The notes under the pieces are model-generated. The model saw nothing but the letters and a program-made list of their open reading frames with translations, had not been told where the DNA came from and ran no database searches. A program made the translations under genes and the position numbers. From Squalus acanthias (Eukaryota), in contig JASTWF010000345.1 in assembly GCA_030390025.1 (NCBI GenBank), forward strand, positions 310,001-374,000: a stretch of 64,000 bases of DNA. The letters are read 5' to 3'. Positions 10,875 through 22,768 of this stretch are shown piece by piece (the first letter of the stretch is position 1; every line of letters starts with the position of its first letter).

Positions 10875-12084
10875 ATTGTATGCTCGCTACTGGATTGACC
10901 CAGTATGCAGTAGTTACACCAGTTAAGTGGCTATTTAGTGTAGTTCTGCAGTATTGTTGCAGCTGCTTTATGATTGACTGCTCAGTTGTGCATTCCTTTT
11001 AGCACACTGCAACAGACCCAATGATATAGATATGAGAGGCAGGAACCTCATCAAGCAGACATTTGGCATGCTGAAATAATGAGACATGGTCTACAGAGAG
11101 ATTTGACAGAATGGTAGTGAGTTGGGGTGGCCCTCCTTGTATATAAGGTACTGTTACCATCGAATTCACACATTTTGGAGCAAATATCAAAGTGATTGAA
11201 CCTTATCTTGACGCACAGATGGACCTGGCAGGAGGTTTGAAAAAATGAATCTGTGGAAAAAGCAGGGAAAAAATAGCATTAAACCATCCAGCCAAAAAAA
11301 CTACCAGGGGAGGGCCACAGCAACTTCAAGCTCTCACATAAACAGAAAAATCTGTGAACCATCTGTCTGGCCTCAAGACACTGGAAAGGTGAAAGAGGCT
11401 AGCAATGAATATTGGTAAGTATCTTCCCTTTTATGTGATGTTGTCTACCACGTTTTAACTAAAATGAAACTTAGGGGGTAAATTTCCAACTATGTGCTGT
11501 TTATATGTATATATGCGGATATCGATGAGCCTGTAATCATTCTAGGAGAGTGCAGTAACCTCTTGAATGCAAGCGGACATAATACTTTGCTTATTGCCTG
11601 GGCAATCGCACCCCCCCCCCCCACCCAAATGATTGGAATAGTTAGTGCTGAAAAAGTTCAACAACGCTGTGACTTCCACAGACAGAGCATTTCAGTTAAC
11701 AAAAGATAACCAGCAATCATCCCGAGCACTATTACAGATACATCCACCCCAGAGGGTTTAGAGAGTTAGCTTGACGAGAAGACACTGGGTGAATCACAGT
11801 AGGACCATGCGATGGTATCGGTGGAGGAGCAAGAACTTACGGGCCGGACAACCAGCTCGCATCATTCCTCGGCTTCAGAGTCCTGGGGTTTTGACCTGCG
11901 ATTAAAGGAACGTTACTATCTAGGGGTATTGCGTACAATAGTAAAGAGGTAATGATGAATTTATACTAAACATTGGTTAGGCCACAATTAGAGCAGTGTG
12001 CCGTTTTGGGCACCCATTAGAGAAAAGACATTAAAGCAACAGAGAGAACACAGCGTAGATTCACCAGGATGACGCGAATGGGCA

Positions 12085-12575
12085 AGTTAGGAAACGGGCA
12101 GCAGAGTTTTGGATGAGCTCAAGTTTACGGAGGGTGGAAGGTGGGAGGCCGGCCAGGAGAGCATCGGAATAGTCGAGTCTCGAGGTAACATAGGCATGGA
12201 AGAGGGTTTCAGCAACAGATGAGCTGAGGCGCGCCCAAGACAGGTGCTATTATGCAGGTGTAAGTTGGGTTGTAGGGCTGGAGGAGGTTACCGAGATAAG
12301 GAGGAATGAGGCCATGGAGGGATTTAAACACAAGGATGAGAATTTTAAAATTGAGGCGTTGCCGGGCTGGGAGCCAATGAGGGTCAGTGAGCACAGGGTG
12401 ATGAGTGAATGTGATTTGGTGCGAGTCAGGATACAGGCAGCAGAGTTTTGGATGAGCTCAAGTTTACGGAGAGTGGAAGGTGGGAGGCTGGCCAGGAGAG
12501 CATTAGAATAGTCGAGTCTGGAGGTAAAAAAGGCACGGATGAAGGTTTCAGTACCAGATGATCTGAGGCAGGGAT
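12085..12575 (-). mobile_element. L2-clade LINE fragments (partly duplicated)
   Basis: HWLPARQRLNFKILILVFKSLHGLIPPYLGNLLQPYNP; the segment at about 12097-12230 is repeated at about 12436-12570. Confidence 0.8.
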
Positions 12576-14069
12576 CCCTGTGGGAATTAAAATCTACTGT
12601 GAAAAAATTGTTTCAAATTGGGCATAAATAGGATAGTGCAGACAGATACAATATTATAACAAATTATAATATCTGTTTGATATAGGCTCTATTAATGCAT
12701 TGAACTGGAACCATTATGCATACGGGGAGTTTGTAGAGAGGGGCAATTACAGATCTTGCAACTGAATAGAAATGCTCAGGTTAGATTTTCTGCCATTAAC
12801 TATAAAATTCTAGTCCAATCATAGTGCCAGCTGACATATGGACTTCCTCTCACCAACCAGAAGCTCAAACACACATTTTCTTGCATGTGTATGGGGGTGC
12901 ACAGCAGCACAGTGTTTGCAAACCTAACTTTATGCCAATAAACCAAAAACGTGAAAAATGGGGCCATTATGGTTACTAACTGAGTTTGCTAAATCAAATG
13001 GCCTTACACAGCTGATCCCTGAACAATGTGACAGGACTAGAAACTAGAAACATGTTTAAAATTAATGCTCCCTCCTCTTACTTAAATCAATGAAGTGTGA
13101 CAGAAAACATTAATGTGCTGATGATGATACACAAATTTAATTTGGGACAGTCTTAATTAATGCAAAACCTAATTAGAGTGATTAGACTTTTCTATTTTTA
13201 AAATGTGCTTGCTTAACGAGTATTTTCCCTTTCAGAACAAACTACTTATAGAAAGGATTCTGATATGTTCGAACTCTGAAGCTTAGATATGAATTTCTAC
13301 TTCAAACATTATATTTGAATGAGTTAACTTTATACTGACAGAGGAGTTGATTAAATGTCCTTTTTCTTACCTTGCTTTTTGATTTTATAAAGGTCGCAAT
13401 CATACGTCCAGTGATGCGTACCAGCTGCATGAAGCAGGCTGCAAACCATTCAAGTGCCATAACTAGGCCCCACAATGTATCCAAATGGTAATTGATCAGC
13501 CAGAGCTTGATTACCATTTGGATAGCAGCAGATCAGTGAGGACCCAAGGGTCTTTTCAACATTTTTATGTTTTGCAGTACTTAGTCAGATCAGCCTGCAC
13601 TCCAGGTAGCACTGGCTCTGTGGGCTGGGTCCCCGAGCAGCACCAGCACTGGAGCGGGTGTTTGTCCCTATTATTCCAATGAGCCTGTCCTCAGGATTTG
13701 TGATGGTGTCAAGGCGAGGACAAATGGGGGAGTGGATGTCCCGGCCACCACACATGTGTCAGCAGAGATGAGCTTCTGGAATTTCTACCCCAAAGTGTTT
13801 GGAACTTTTCTTTTATTATTGATCTTTAGGTCTCTGCATTTTTTCATTTTTTATAAATGGTGGAAAAATGTCTACTTTTTCGCCCTATCATTTCATTTCT
13901 TCTCGATTTTTCACTTTCTTGGCATTTCATTATTCGCCAATTAAACACTTTTTTTTTCCCATTGATTCTACCTGGATTTGAATTTCAAATGTTGTAAATG
14001 GCTGAAAATCAATTCCTCCTCCTCGTCTGGCCCTGCATTTGGATTCTTCTCATTTGTGCCACTACCAAG

Positions 14070-14690
14070 GCTCAGTGGAAAGAAAGTGCAAAACTCTGGC
14101 ACAGTACACGCTGAAGGAAAGGACAAGCTATTTATTTGCAAATTTTGTTCTTTTCAAGTTGACTGCAAAGCAGACTGAGTTAAGGAACAGTTTGCCAGAA
14201 AGCAGCATGTTCAGTTGAAGACTGGTGGTGCAACACAAAACAAGCAGAGGATGGAATAAAGAAAGAAACCAGAGCACTGATATTATGAACAAGTTTGTTG
14301 GGTCATTTTTGCATTTTCCTTAAGGGCCCATTGGCAGCATTGTGCACAAGTATTACTCTGTTCCAGAAACATTTCTATTTCAGACAATCTAATGGCAAAG
14401 TACCTTGCTGAAAATAATTGGTTTTTTTGGACCAATGCACCAAGGAGCTCGTGGAAGTAATGTCGTATCAATCATTGTGTTTGAAGAATCTCAGGATGCT
14501 TTGAGGTGTCCTGCTCTTGCAGTCGTGTTTTGCTTCTGTTGTGTTATGGCGAAGAAATCAGCTCTGGTTTGTGCAAACCGTTTGGTCTATCAGCCGTGAG
14601 CAATGTGTTAGTGAGCAGTTGTATTGACAGTGTAACGGTGAAAATGTTCTGAGATGAGAACAAACTGACTGGGTCTCTGTCGAAGTTCTG
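14070..14690 (+). pseudogene. Degraded CGGBP-like / hAT-type transposase fragment
   Basis: VHAEGKDKLFICKFCSFQVDCKAD*VKEQFARKQH resembles the CGGBP1 N-terminal zinc finger. Later segments RNISISDNLMAKYL and VSIIVFEESQDAL resemble the start of a hAT RNase H fold. Multiple stops and frameshifts. Confidence 0.45.
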
Positions 14691-15474
14691 GTCCTGATGA
14701 TGTTGAATGCACATTCTCAAACTTGGCCTATCTTCAGGACAGTCAGGAAATGAGGAAAGGGTCCTAACTGCTCCAAACCAAGAGTTCTGAAGAAAATATT
14801 GATAACAACCTGTTCATATTACTTGTAATTGCACACTGCTTTTTAGAGAGCTTTATTTCTTTTATATCACAGTTAAGGAGTTCTAGTGACATATTTACAC
14901 ACTCACACAGTAAGAAGACACTGAGAATGAATTTTGATGGCATAATGCCCAACAACTTATCTCAACTGTGCAAGAAATTGATTTCCACCAACAATTTTAC
15001 TGTTCTCTCTACCTCTTACCCCAATGTTCACCTACTTTTTAAAAGTCCAAAATAAATTCTGGAAAAACTCCCAGGAAATTTGTTGAAAAATAAAAATTGA
15101 CAGAGCCTTATTGAAGCTGTAAGACAATCCCTGTTTTTACAAACTATCCTATGTATAAATAATGGCTTATCCATTAAAGCTGCAGCTTTTATTTAAACTT
15201 AATAGCATACCTGAGAAACCTTGGGCCATTATAATTGCTAGAACAATTGTTTACTTTGTAAGCAAAATAACTAACACTTACCATTTATGAAGCAAAACAG
15301 ATTTGGCAATTGCTACCATGAAAACTAAACCTAAATTTTATCAAGCTACAAGTCAAAAAAAAAGAAATTACTTAGCTAATTTGGATATAGTTATGATGAG
15401 AGACCTGAAAAACTGGGGCTGTATTCATTGGAGCAGAAAAAATTAAATGGAACCTATAGGAAGAAGGAACTTTT

Positions 15475-16985
15475 TAAAAATTTGTTCTTGGAATGTGGGC
15501 GTCGCTGGCAAGGTCAGCATTTATTGTCCTTCCCTAATTGCCCTTGAGAAGGTGGTGGTGAGCCGCCTTCTTGAACCGCTGCAGTCCGTGTGGTGAAGGT
15601 ATTCCCACAGTGCTGTTAGGGAGGGAGTTCCAAGATTTTGACCCAGCAACAATGAAGGAACGGCGATATACTTTCAAGTCAGGATGGTGTGTGACTTGGA
15701 GGGGAACTTGGAGGTGGTGGTGTTCCCAGGCACCTGCTGCCCTTGTCCTTCTAGGTGGAAGAGGTCACGGGTTTGGGAGGTGCTGCCAAAGAAGCCTTGG
15801 CGAGTTGCTGCAGTGCATCTTGTAGATGGTACACACTGCAGCCACGGTACACCGGTGGTGGAGGGTGTGAATGTTTAAGGTGGTGGATGGGGTACCAATC
15901 AAGTGGGCTGCTTTGTCCTGGATGGTGTCGAGCTTCTTTAGTGTTGTTGGAGCTGCACTCATCCAGGCAAATGGACAGTATTCCATCACACTCCTTACTT
16001 GTGCCTTGTAGATGGTGGAAAGGCTTTGGGGAGTCAGGAGGTGAGACACTTGCCGCAGAATACCTAGCCTCTGACCTGCTCTTGTTGCCACAGTATTTAT
16101 GTGGCTGGTCCAGTTGAGTTTCTGGTCAACGGTGACCCCCTCGGATGTTAATGGTGTGGGATTCGGTGATGGTAATGCCGTTGAATGTCAAGGGGCGATG
16201 GTTAGACTCTCGCTTGTTGGAGATAGTCATTGCCTGGCACTTGTGTGGTGCGAATGTTACCTGCCACTTATCAGCCCAAGCCTGAACGTCATCCAGGTCT
16301 TGTTGCATGTGGGCATGGATTGCTTCGTTATCTGAGGAGTTGTGAATGGCACTGAACGCTGTGCAGTCATCAGCGAGCATCCCCATTTCTGACCTTATGT
16401 TGGATGGAAGGTCATTGATGAAGCAGCTGATGATGGTTGGGCCTAGGACACTGCCCTAAGGAAATCCTGCAGTGATGTCCTGGGGCTGTGATGATTGACT
16501 TCCAACCACCACAACCATCTTCCTTTGTGCTTGGTATGACTCCAGCCAGTGGAGAGTTTTCCCCCCAATTCCCATTGACTTCAGTTTTACTCGGGCTCCT
16601 TGATGCCATACTCAGTCAAATGCTGCCTTGATGTCAAGGGCAGTCACTGTCACCTCACCTCTGGAATTCAGCTCCTTTGTCCATGCTTGGACCAAGGCTG
16701 TAATGAGGTCGGGAGCTGAGTGGTCTTGGCAGAACCCAAACTGGGCATCAGTGAGCAGGTTATTGCTGAGTAAGTGCCACTTGATAGCACTGTCGATGAC
16801 ACCTTCCATCACTTTGCTGATGATTGAGAGTAGACTGATGGGGTGGTAATTGGCCGGATTGGATTTGTCCTGCTTTTTGTGGACAGGATACACCTGGGCA
16901 GTTTTCCACATTGTCAGATAGATGCCCGTGTTGTAGCTGTACTGGAACACTTGGCTAGAGGCGCAGGTAGCTCTGGAGCTTGCAT
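15475..16985 (-). mobile_element. CR1/L2-group LINE, RT to 3' end
   Basis: PVHKKQDKSNPANYHPISLLSIISKVME, QFGF, ALDIKAAFD, LADD, YKAQVRSVMEY; the same 3' end occurs at about 1700-1765 and 45941-46340. Confidence 0.9.
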
Positions 16986-17132
16986 TAATAGGGTGCCATT
17001 CATGTCTTCTGGGTGCGTGAAAGCACTTTAAACTAATGGATTACTTTTGAAGTGCAGTCATTGGCGTTATGTTGGCAGATGCACCAGCCAATTTGTGAAC
17101 AGCAAGATTCCACAAACTGCAAATGAATGAAT

Positions 17133-17232
17133 GGGAGACGGGAGGAGGCTCGCATGGAGCATAAATGCCGGCATGGACTGGTTGGGCCGAATGGCCTGTT
17201 TCTGTGCCATATATCCTATGTAATCCTATGAA
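17133..17232 (+). mobile_element. CR1 3' tail fragment
   Basis: GGGAGGAGGCTCG...GGGCCGAATGGCCTGTTTCTGTG plus a CCTATGTAATCCTATG tail, as at 52865-52960. Confidence 0.7.
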
Positions 17233-19435
17233 TGAGGGAAGAATGAAGAGAAATTATTGATACTTATAACTTTTCAAATTAGATCATAACACTGTAAAGA
17301 AGCAAAGCTAGCTTTCAAAGGGCTAAAGACATAGACAAAAGATTTACTAATAACCCTCCATGGTGTCACTTACAGCAACATTTTAGCTTTCCTCGTGTAG
17401 TCATTTCTTCTAAGTAAGCTGCAAGTCAATTTAACTATCACTCCATCATCTGCTGGCAATAAATGCTTCCTGTCCGACAACCTGAGGAGTTCCCTTTGAC
17501 CTGTCTGCTCGCATTCTTTCATTAATCACTGGTGGAGATTACAAGAATGACAACTCCTAACATCTAAAAAAATACCATACCCTTTAAGGTTTCTTAAGCG
17601 ATGTACCATCTACTAATCTTCTACCATCTCTGGAAAACATTTTTATGCTCAGAAGCAAATTTAGCAGTAGACCTACCAAATGATTAGGGGCTGAAAACAG
17701 TTTATTAATTAACGTAAAACTGATTTGCCTCAATCTAGCCGTGTGACATTGGCTGTTCACTTCTTGTGCTATATGCTTTTTTAAAGCAGTCAGAAAGAAG
17801 AAGCTTCTTTTACAGAGGTTATTAATTATTTATTATCCTAACTTATGGCCTTACTTTCCATTACAGCTTGAGGCAACTCATAATGAGTTTAATTCAGTTG
17901 TGATCAATAATTGGCATTACAATTTGGAAGGATTACACATTTACTAAAACTGCCTATATGATCGCACATTTGTCCTTGAATACAAACACTGTCAGTTTAA
18001 AACTTAAACTGTTGTTCAACCATTTATGTCAAAGTTTAGGCTTCTCAGCATGTTCCCAATGTGTTTCTCAAATTAGAGAAGTTCTGCCTCCAGATACACA
18101 TATATAAAATCATACCATAGTATAGGAATACTATTGACTCACTGTGGAGTCAAAGAACAATAGGGCATTTACAGGCTGATTTAAGAATGGTGGAGCTTTA
18201 GCAGGTTAAATTATGAATGCTAGGATTTTTGAAGGCTGATTTATTTGCTTTAAGTTTTTGTTTTCCTTCCTATGCTGTTGCTACACCTGGTTTCAAGGGG
18301 CATAGAGAAAGTGTTGTAGAGAAAGGAATGTTGTAGGTCCACACAGTTTTTGACATCAAATGAGCATTTGTCCTGGAGTACCCTTTGAATTTATGACCGG
18401 GTCCTAGATGCTTAGGCACTGCAACCTTGCAGAAAAAAGTTTTAAAAGTGCCTCACGCCTCAAAGACAATAAAAATGTCTCAAAGATATTTGTGCTGTTG
18501 GACATAATGGGGATATTTCTCAAATTACTGCCGGAACGTAAAAACAGTAATGTGGGTCGGGAATCCAATATAGAAACCGTCCAAATGGGACATTTTCTAG
18601 AAAAGGTGCCCAACCCACAGCTCCATTTTACACTTCAGCGGTGCTAAAAATTACCCCACAATGGCAATTGTGCCAAAATGCAATTTTTGATAATCAGACA
18701 TAAATGTCCTCTATCTTCCATCTGTTTATAAAGTAGAATCAAAAATAAACCACTTCTGCCAAACCTGTTCTTATTTCTTAGAGTTAAATTACTATGTTTT
18801 CTAGAAATGGTTATACTTTTGCTTGCTCTCCTTTTATAACAATATTGATTGGTATTTGTAGTGAAGTAATAGTAATCATTTCTATTATGACTTTAAAACA
18901 ATTGAATCAAAGTACCAGAAGTGTCATTCATACATTTCTAATTATATATGTGTATTTATAGTTTTGCATATGTAGGTATGAGATTTACGGCACTCAATTA
19001 AAGTTAGTTACAGAACATTAGTGTAATCTTTGTCATTTATTTGTCATAGGTCTGTCAGATAATATGGTAGAGACTAGGGGTAGAAATTAGGTCGCGCCCC
19101 ATTTGGGGCGCAAATATCGTCTGGACGCAAATATTAGCGCCTGGCGCTAATTATCGGCACTGACTGGAAACTTCACTTTTACCGCCCCGGGAGGTGAGTG
19201 GAGCGCTAAAGCAGGCGCTGCACACCTGTCTTAAGGCGCAAAGGCCAAGGAGTGAGGCGCTAACTCAGCGCACGAGCGCAGCGCAGCTGCTGCCAGTTAG
19301 CGAGGGAACACAGACACACTGGCGCCGGCCACTTCTTAAAGCGGGGGGGGCCAACTTGCTCCCCAGCCACACCCTGCTCATTGCAGCCTTGAATCTCAGC
19401 CTGGAGAGACCTGTGAATCCATTTTGCTGCCAAGC

Positions 19436-21313
19436 ATGGAGAGGGTGAGAGAACGCGCTCATCGCTTCACCGAGCGGGCCTTGGATGCTCTGGTTGGCGC
19501 GGTGGAGCGCAGAAGATGTATGCTCTTCCCTGAGAGTGGCAGGAGGCCTTTGCCACGCGAGTTCAGAAGAGTGTGGAGGGAGGTGGCTCAGAGCGTCTCC
19601 TCCAGGAGCATGGTGCCCAGGACCCATACTCAATGCCGCAAAAAGTTCAACGACCTCACTCGGGTCGTCAGGGTGAGTGGCTTTTTCTCAATACCTCTCC
19701 ATCCCTCCATCTCAACCTCACTCTATGGCCAGAGGGTCTTAAAACCCCAATGCACAACACTCATCCAACACCTATGGCCCTTTCATCAAACACACACACA
19801 CATTCCACACTTTGCATACAGTAAGGGCTATTCACCTATGGGAGGCACATCAGGCAAGACCATGGCTGCATACAGTAAGGGCTATTCACCTATGGGAGGC
19901 ACATCAGGCAAGACCATGGCTGCATACAGTAAGGGCTATTCACCTATGGGAGGCACATCAGGCAAGACCATGGCTGTATATTTACTCAGATGCTGTCCTT
20001 TTTCTTACAGGCCAAGCTGGCGCATAATCGGAGACAGCAGCAACGGACAGGTGGAGGGCGGCCTCAGTTGCGACCCCTCAGCGATCTTGAGGAGCGCGTC
20101 CACAGGATTGTTGCAAGCCGGGTGATCGGTCCCGTCGCCACTGGAGACGCCGACCCCGTTCTGGACAGCAATGGTAAGGGCATCACCTTTTTGTCCTCTG
20201 TCCTTCCACTTGTCCCTCACAACACCAGCCTTTGACACTTTCAATCCAACTTGCTAACTCGCTGCACTTATTCCTCCCTTACTGCCACCCTGTCCTCACG
20301 CTAAAGCCACTCTTGTACCTCCCTGCTTTCAGATGGTGATTCACCAGCTGAGGAGACGGGCCCTGAAGCTGCCACTGGGAGTGATGCTGCAGCTGAGGAG
20401 GAAGAGGAAGCCGGAGCATCAGTGCCACCCTCTCCCGAGGAAGCCCATGCCCACACTGGGAACACGCCTTCCCTGGAGGGGAGCAGGGGGGAAGGGTCTG
20501 ATGAGGGTGAAGCTCCAGGACCCAGCGGGCTGCAGCAACGCCATGGGGGGGTGTAGGGAAGAACGGGGGCCTTCTCCCCAGAGGGAGAGTATGCCAGACA
20601 CTCCTACTGCAATGGACGCAGAGGAGGAGCGGCTGATCGCAGAAATGAACACCCAGGCGGTGGGCATGCACACTGAGCTCATGGGTGCAGTGGGAAGGGT
20701 GCCCGAATGCATTGAGTCACTGGCAAGGAGTGTGGAGCACTTCGCTGTAGCACAGGCGGATGCCACACTAATGCTTAGTGCTGTAATTCAGTCACTGGCT
20801 GCCGTGATCCCATCTCTGACTGCTCTCATACAGACTCAGATTGAGGCCACGCGAGCACAGACTGCTGCCAACCTCGATGGTTCGTGCACATGTCCCCGGG
20901 GCTGTCACCGCGCCGCAGCAGGCCAGCAATCTGTTCTCCGGCAGATTGCTCCGGATGCTGAAGTGCTGCCCCGTGGGAGTGCCAGTGTGTCGGGCGAGCA
21001 AGGAGTTGCTGTCCTCTCTCACGATGACAGCATTCCTGCTGCCAACACTGTCACTTCTCCACTGCACTTGCCACCACCTGTAGGACAGACTGCTGCCGCC
21101 CATGCAGAGTTGGTGCAGTCTGCAGCCGGGCCCTCCAGGCCCAGAAGTGGTCGAGGCCGTCCTTCAGGGGCATCTGCAATGTCAGGGTCTGACGAGCAGC
21201 AGCCTTCCACCAGCCTTGCTGCAGCCACTGAGGTCCCATTACGGAGGAGCAGTAGGGTTAGAAGGGGGGAAGTGCGCAAGGGAAGGAGATCACCCTCGAA
21301 GGGCAAAAAGTAG
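19436..21313 (+). CDS. Harbinger Myb/SANT-like DNA-binding protein, 3 exons (19436-19672, 20011-20173, 20333-21313), one apparent frameshift near the G7 run 20545-20551
   Basis: RAHRFTERALDALV...WREVAQSVSS...RTHTQCRKKFNDL; GT-AG introns; TGGG motif in exon 2; acidic/coiled-coil C-terminus and basic tail. Confidence 0.82.
19813..19974 (+). repeat. 3 perfect tandem copies of a 54-bp unit in Myb intron 1
   Basis: TGCATACAGTAAGGGCTATTCACCTATGGGAGGCACATCAGGCAAGACCATGGC starting at 19813, 19867 and 19921. Confidence 0.95.
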
Positions 21314-21607
21314 GAGGTGTGACAAAATGCTGGTCATTTTTTTATTAAAGGTCGAGGTTCATGGTCCAACTTTTGTTTAGTGTTTTGGACATTATCTCCA
21401 GGTTGTGAGAACCAGTTATGTTATTGACTGTTTTTTTGTGTTTATTTCTATGAGTTTGTCATGAGGAATTGACACACACAGAGTTTGTAAAATAAATAAG
21501 TTTCTGTATTCAAAATATACATGGTTGGTGGTTGGAATTATTGGTGCCTTGGCCGGCTTAGGGGTTGCGTGCTGGGTTCATTAATGTTGTTAGCAATGGC
21601 AGGGGCC

Positions 21608-22768
21608 CTAGAAGCGGCTTGCTATTAGCCGTTGACGGACGGCCCTTGCAGTTTCACCATTGTGGGCCGCCCTCCCGCCTTGGTGCTGCTGATGATCATC
21701 GTCCTCGTCCTCTTCCTCCTCTTCCTCCTCCTCCTCTGGTGGTGCTCCAAGGCCTGGTGGCATTGGCTGGGTCCTGAGGATTGCCATGTTATGCAACATG
21801 CAGCACATGACTACGAAGTTCGATACTCGCTCAGGCGAGTACTGCAGGGCTCCTCCAGAATGGTCCAGACAGCGGAACCGTTGCTTCAGCACGCCGATTG
21901 TGTGCTCAATAATGTTCCTGGTAGCTTGATGGCTCTCATTGTACCGCAGCTCAGCAGGGGTGTTGGGCGTACGGAGCGGTGTCATCAGCCAGGTGCTCAA
22001 TGCATACCCCTTGTCCCCGAGAAGCCAACCAACTGGCTGATGCGGTGCCTCGAAAAGTTCTGCCACAGTAGTCTGGCGCAGGATAAAAGCATCGTGGCAG
22101 CTGCCAGGATACTGGGCATTGACAGCGAGTATCAGCTGTCTGTGGTCACAGACCAACTGGACATTCAAGGAATGGAACCCCTTTCTGTTCCTGAATTCCT
22201 CGGCATTCTCATGCGGAGCACGCAAAGCCACATGCGTGCAGTCAATGGCGCCCTGCACCATGGGGAAGCCCGCTACCCTCGCAAAGCCCAGAGCGCGGTC
22301 ACGCTGCTTGTCTGGGGTCATGGGGAAAGAGATGAACTCTCATCTCCTTCTGAAGAGGGCATTTGTGACCTGCCGGATGCAGCAATGCACCGCGAACTGG
22401 GAGATATTGGCGAGGTCCCCAGCAGCAGCTTGAAATGAGCCAGTAGCGTAAAAGTTCAAAGCCACTGTGACCTTCACTGCCACCGACAGAGACGTCCTGG
22501 ACCTCAGTTGAGGCTGCAGATCTGGCTGCAGCAGGTGGCAGAGCTCAGTGACCACCTCCTTGCTGAATCGCAGCCTTCGCAAACACAGCTCCTCGGACAT
22601 ATGGATGTAGGAGAGCTGTTCACGATATACCCTGGGAGGGTAAGCTCTCCTGTACATACGCCTGATGGCCCTCCTCCGTCTGGCCATCATTGCCACTCTC
22701 TCTCTGCGTCTCTGTATCCTCCGATTCAGCTGGAGCAGGACGACGCCCCCAATCAGTGCAGCCCCCAT
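21608..22768 (-). CDS. Harbinger (HARBI1-like) DDE transposase with a single in-frame TGA at 22340-22342
   Basis: ORFs 22340-22837 and 21608-22321 share a frame (LFRRR*EFISFPM); motifs [46 protein letters not shown]; acidic tail. Confidence 0.9.

Noticed and set aside
12085..12575. Direct repeat of about 130 bp as an LTR pair
   Set aside because: Both copies are internal L2 sequence; no TG...CA ends, PBS or TSD.
19813..19974. 54-bp repeats as a CRISPR-like array
   Set aside because: The units are contiguous and identical with no spacers; eukaryotic transposon intron context.
19424..20125. 233-aa ORF as the real Myb protein
   Set aside because: It reads through intron 1; splice sites conserved in three families define the true gene.
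21632..22438. 268-aa plus-strand ORF
   Set aside because: Antisense shadow of the transposase; its hydrophobic start is the complement of the poly-Glu codons. The same applies to ORFs 29772-30140 and 51147-51563.
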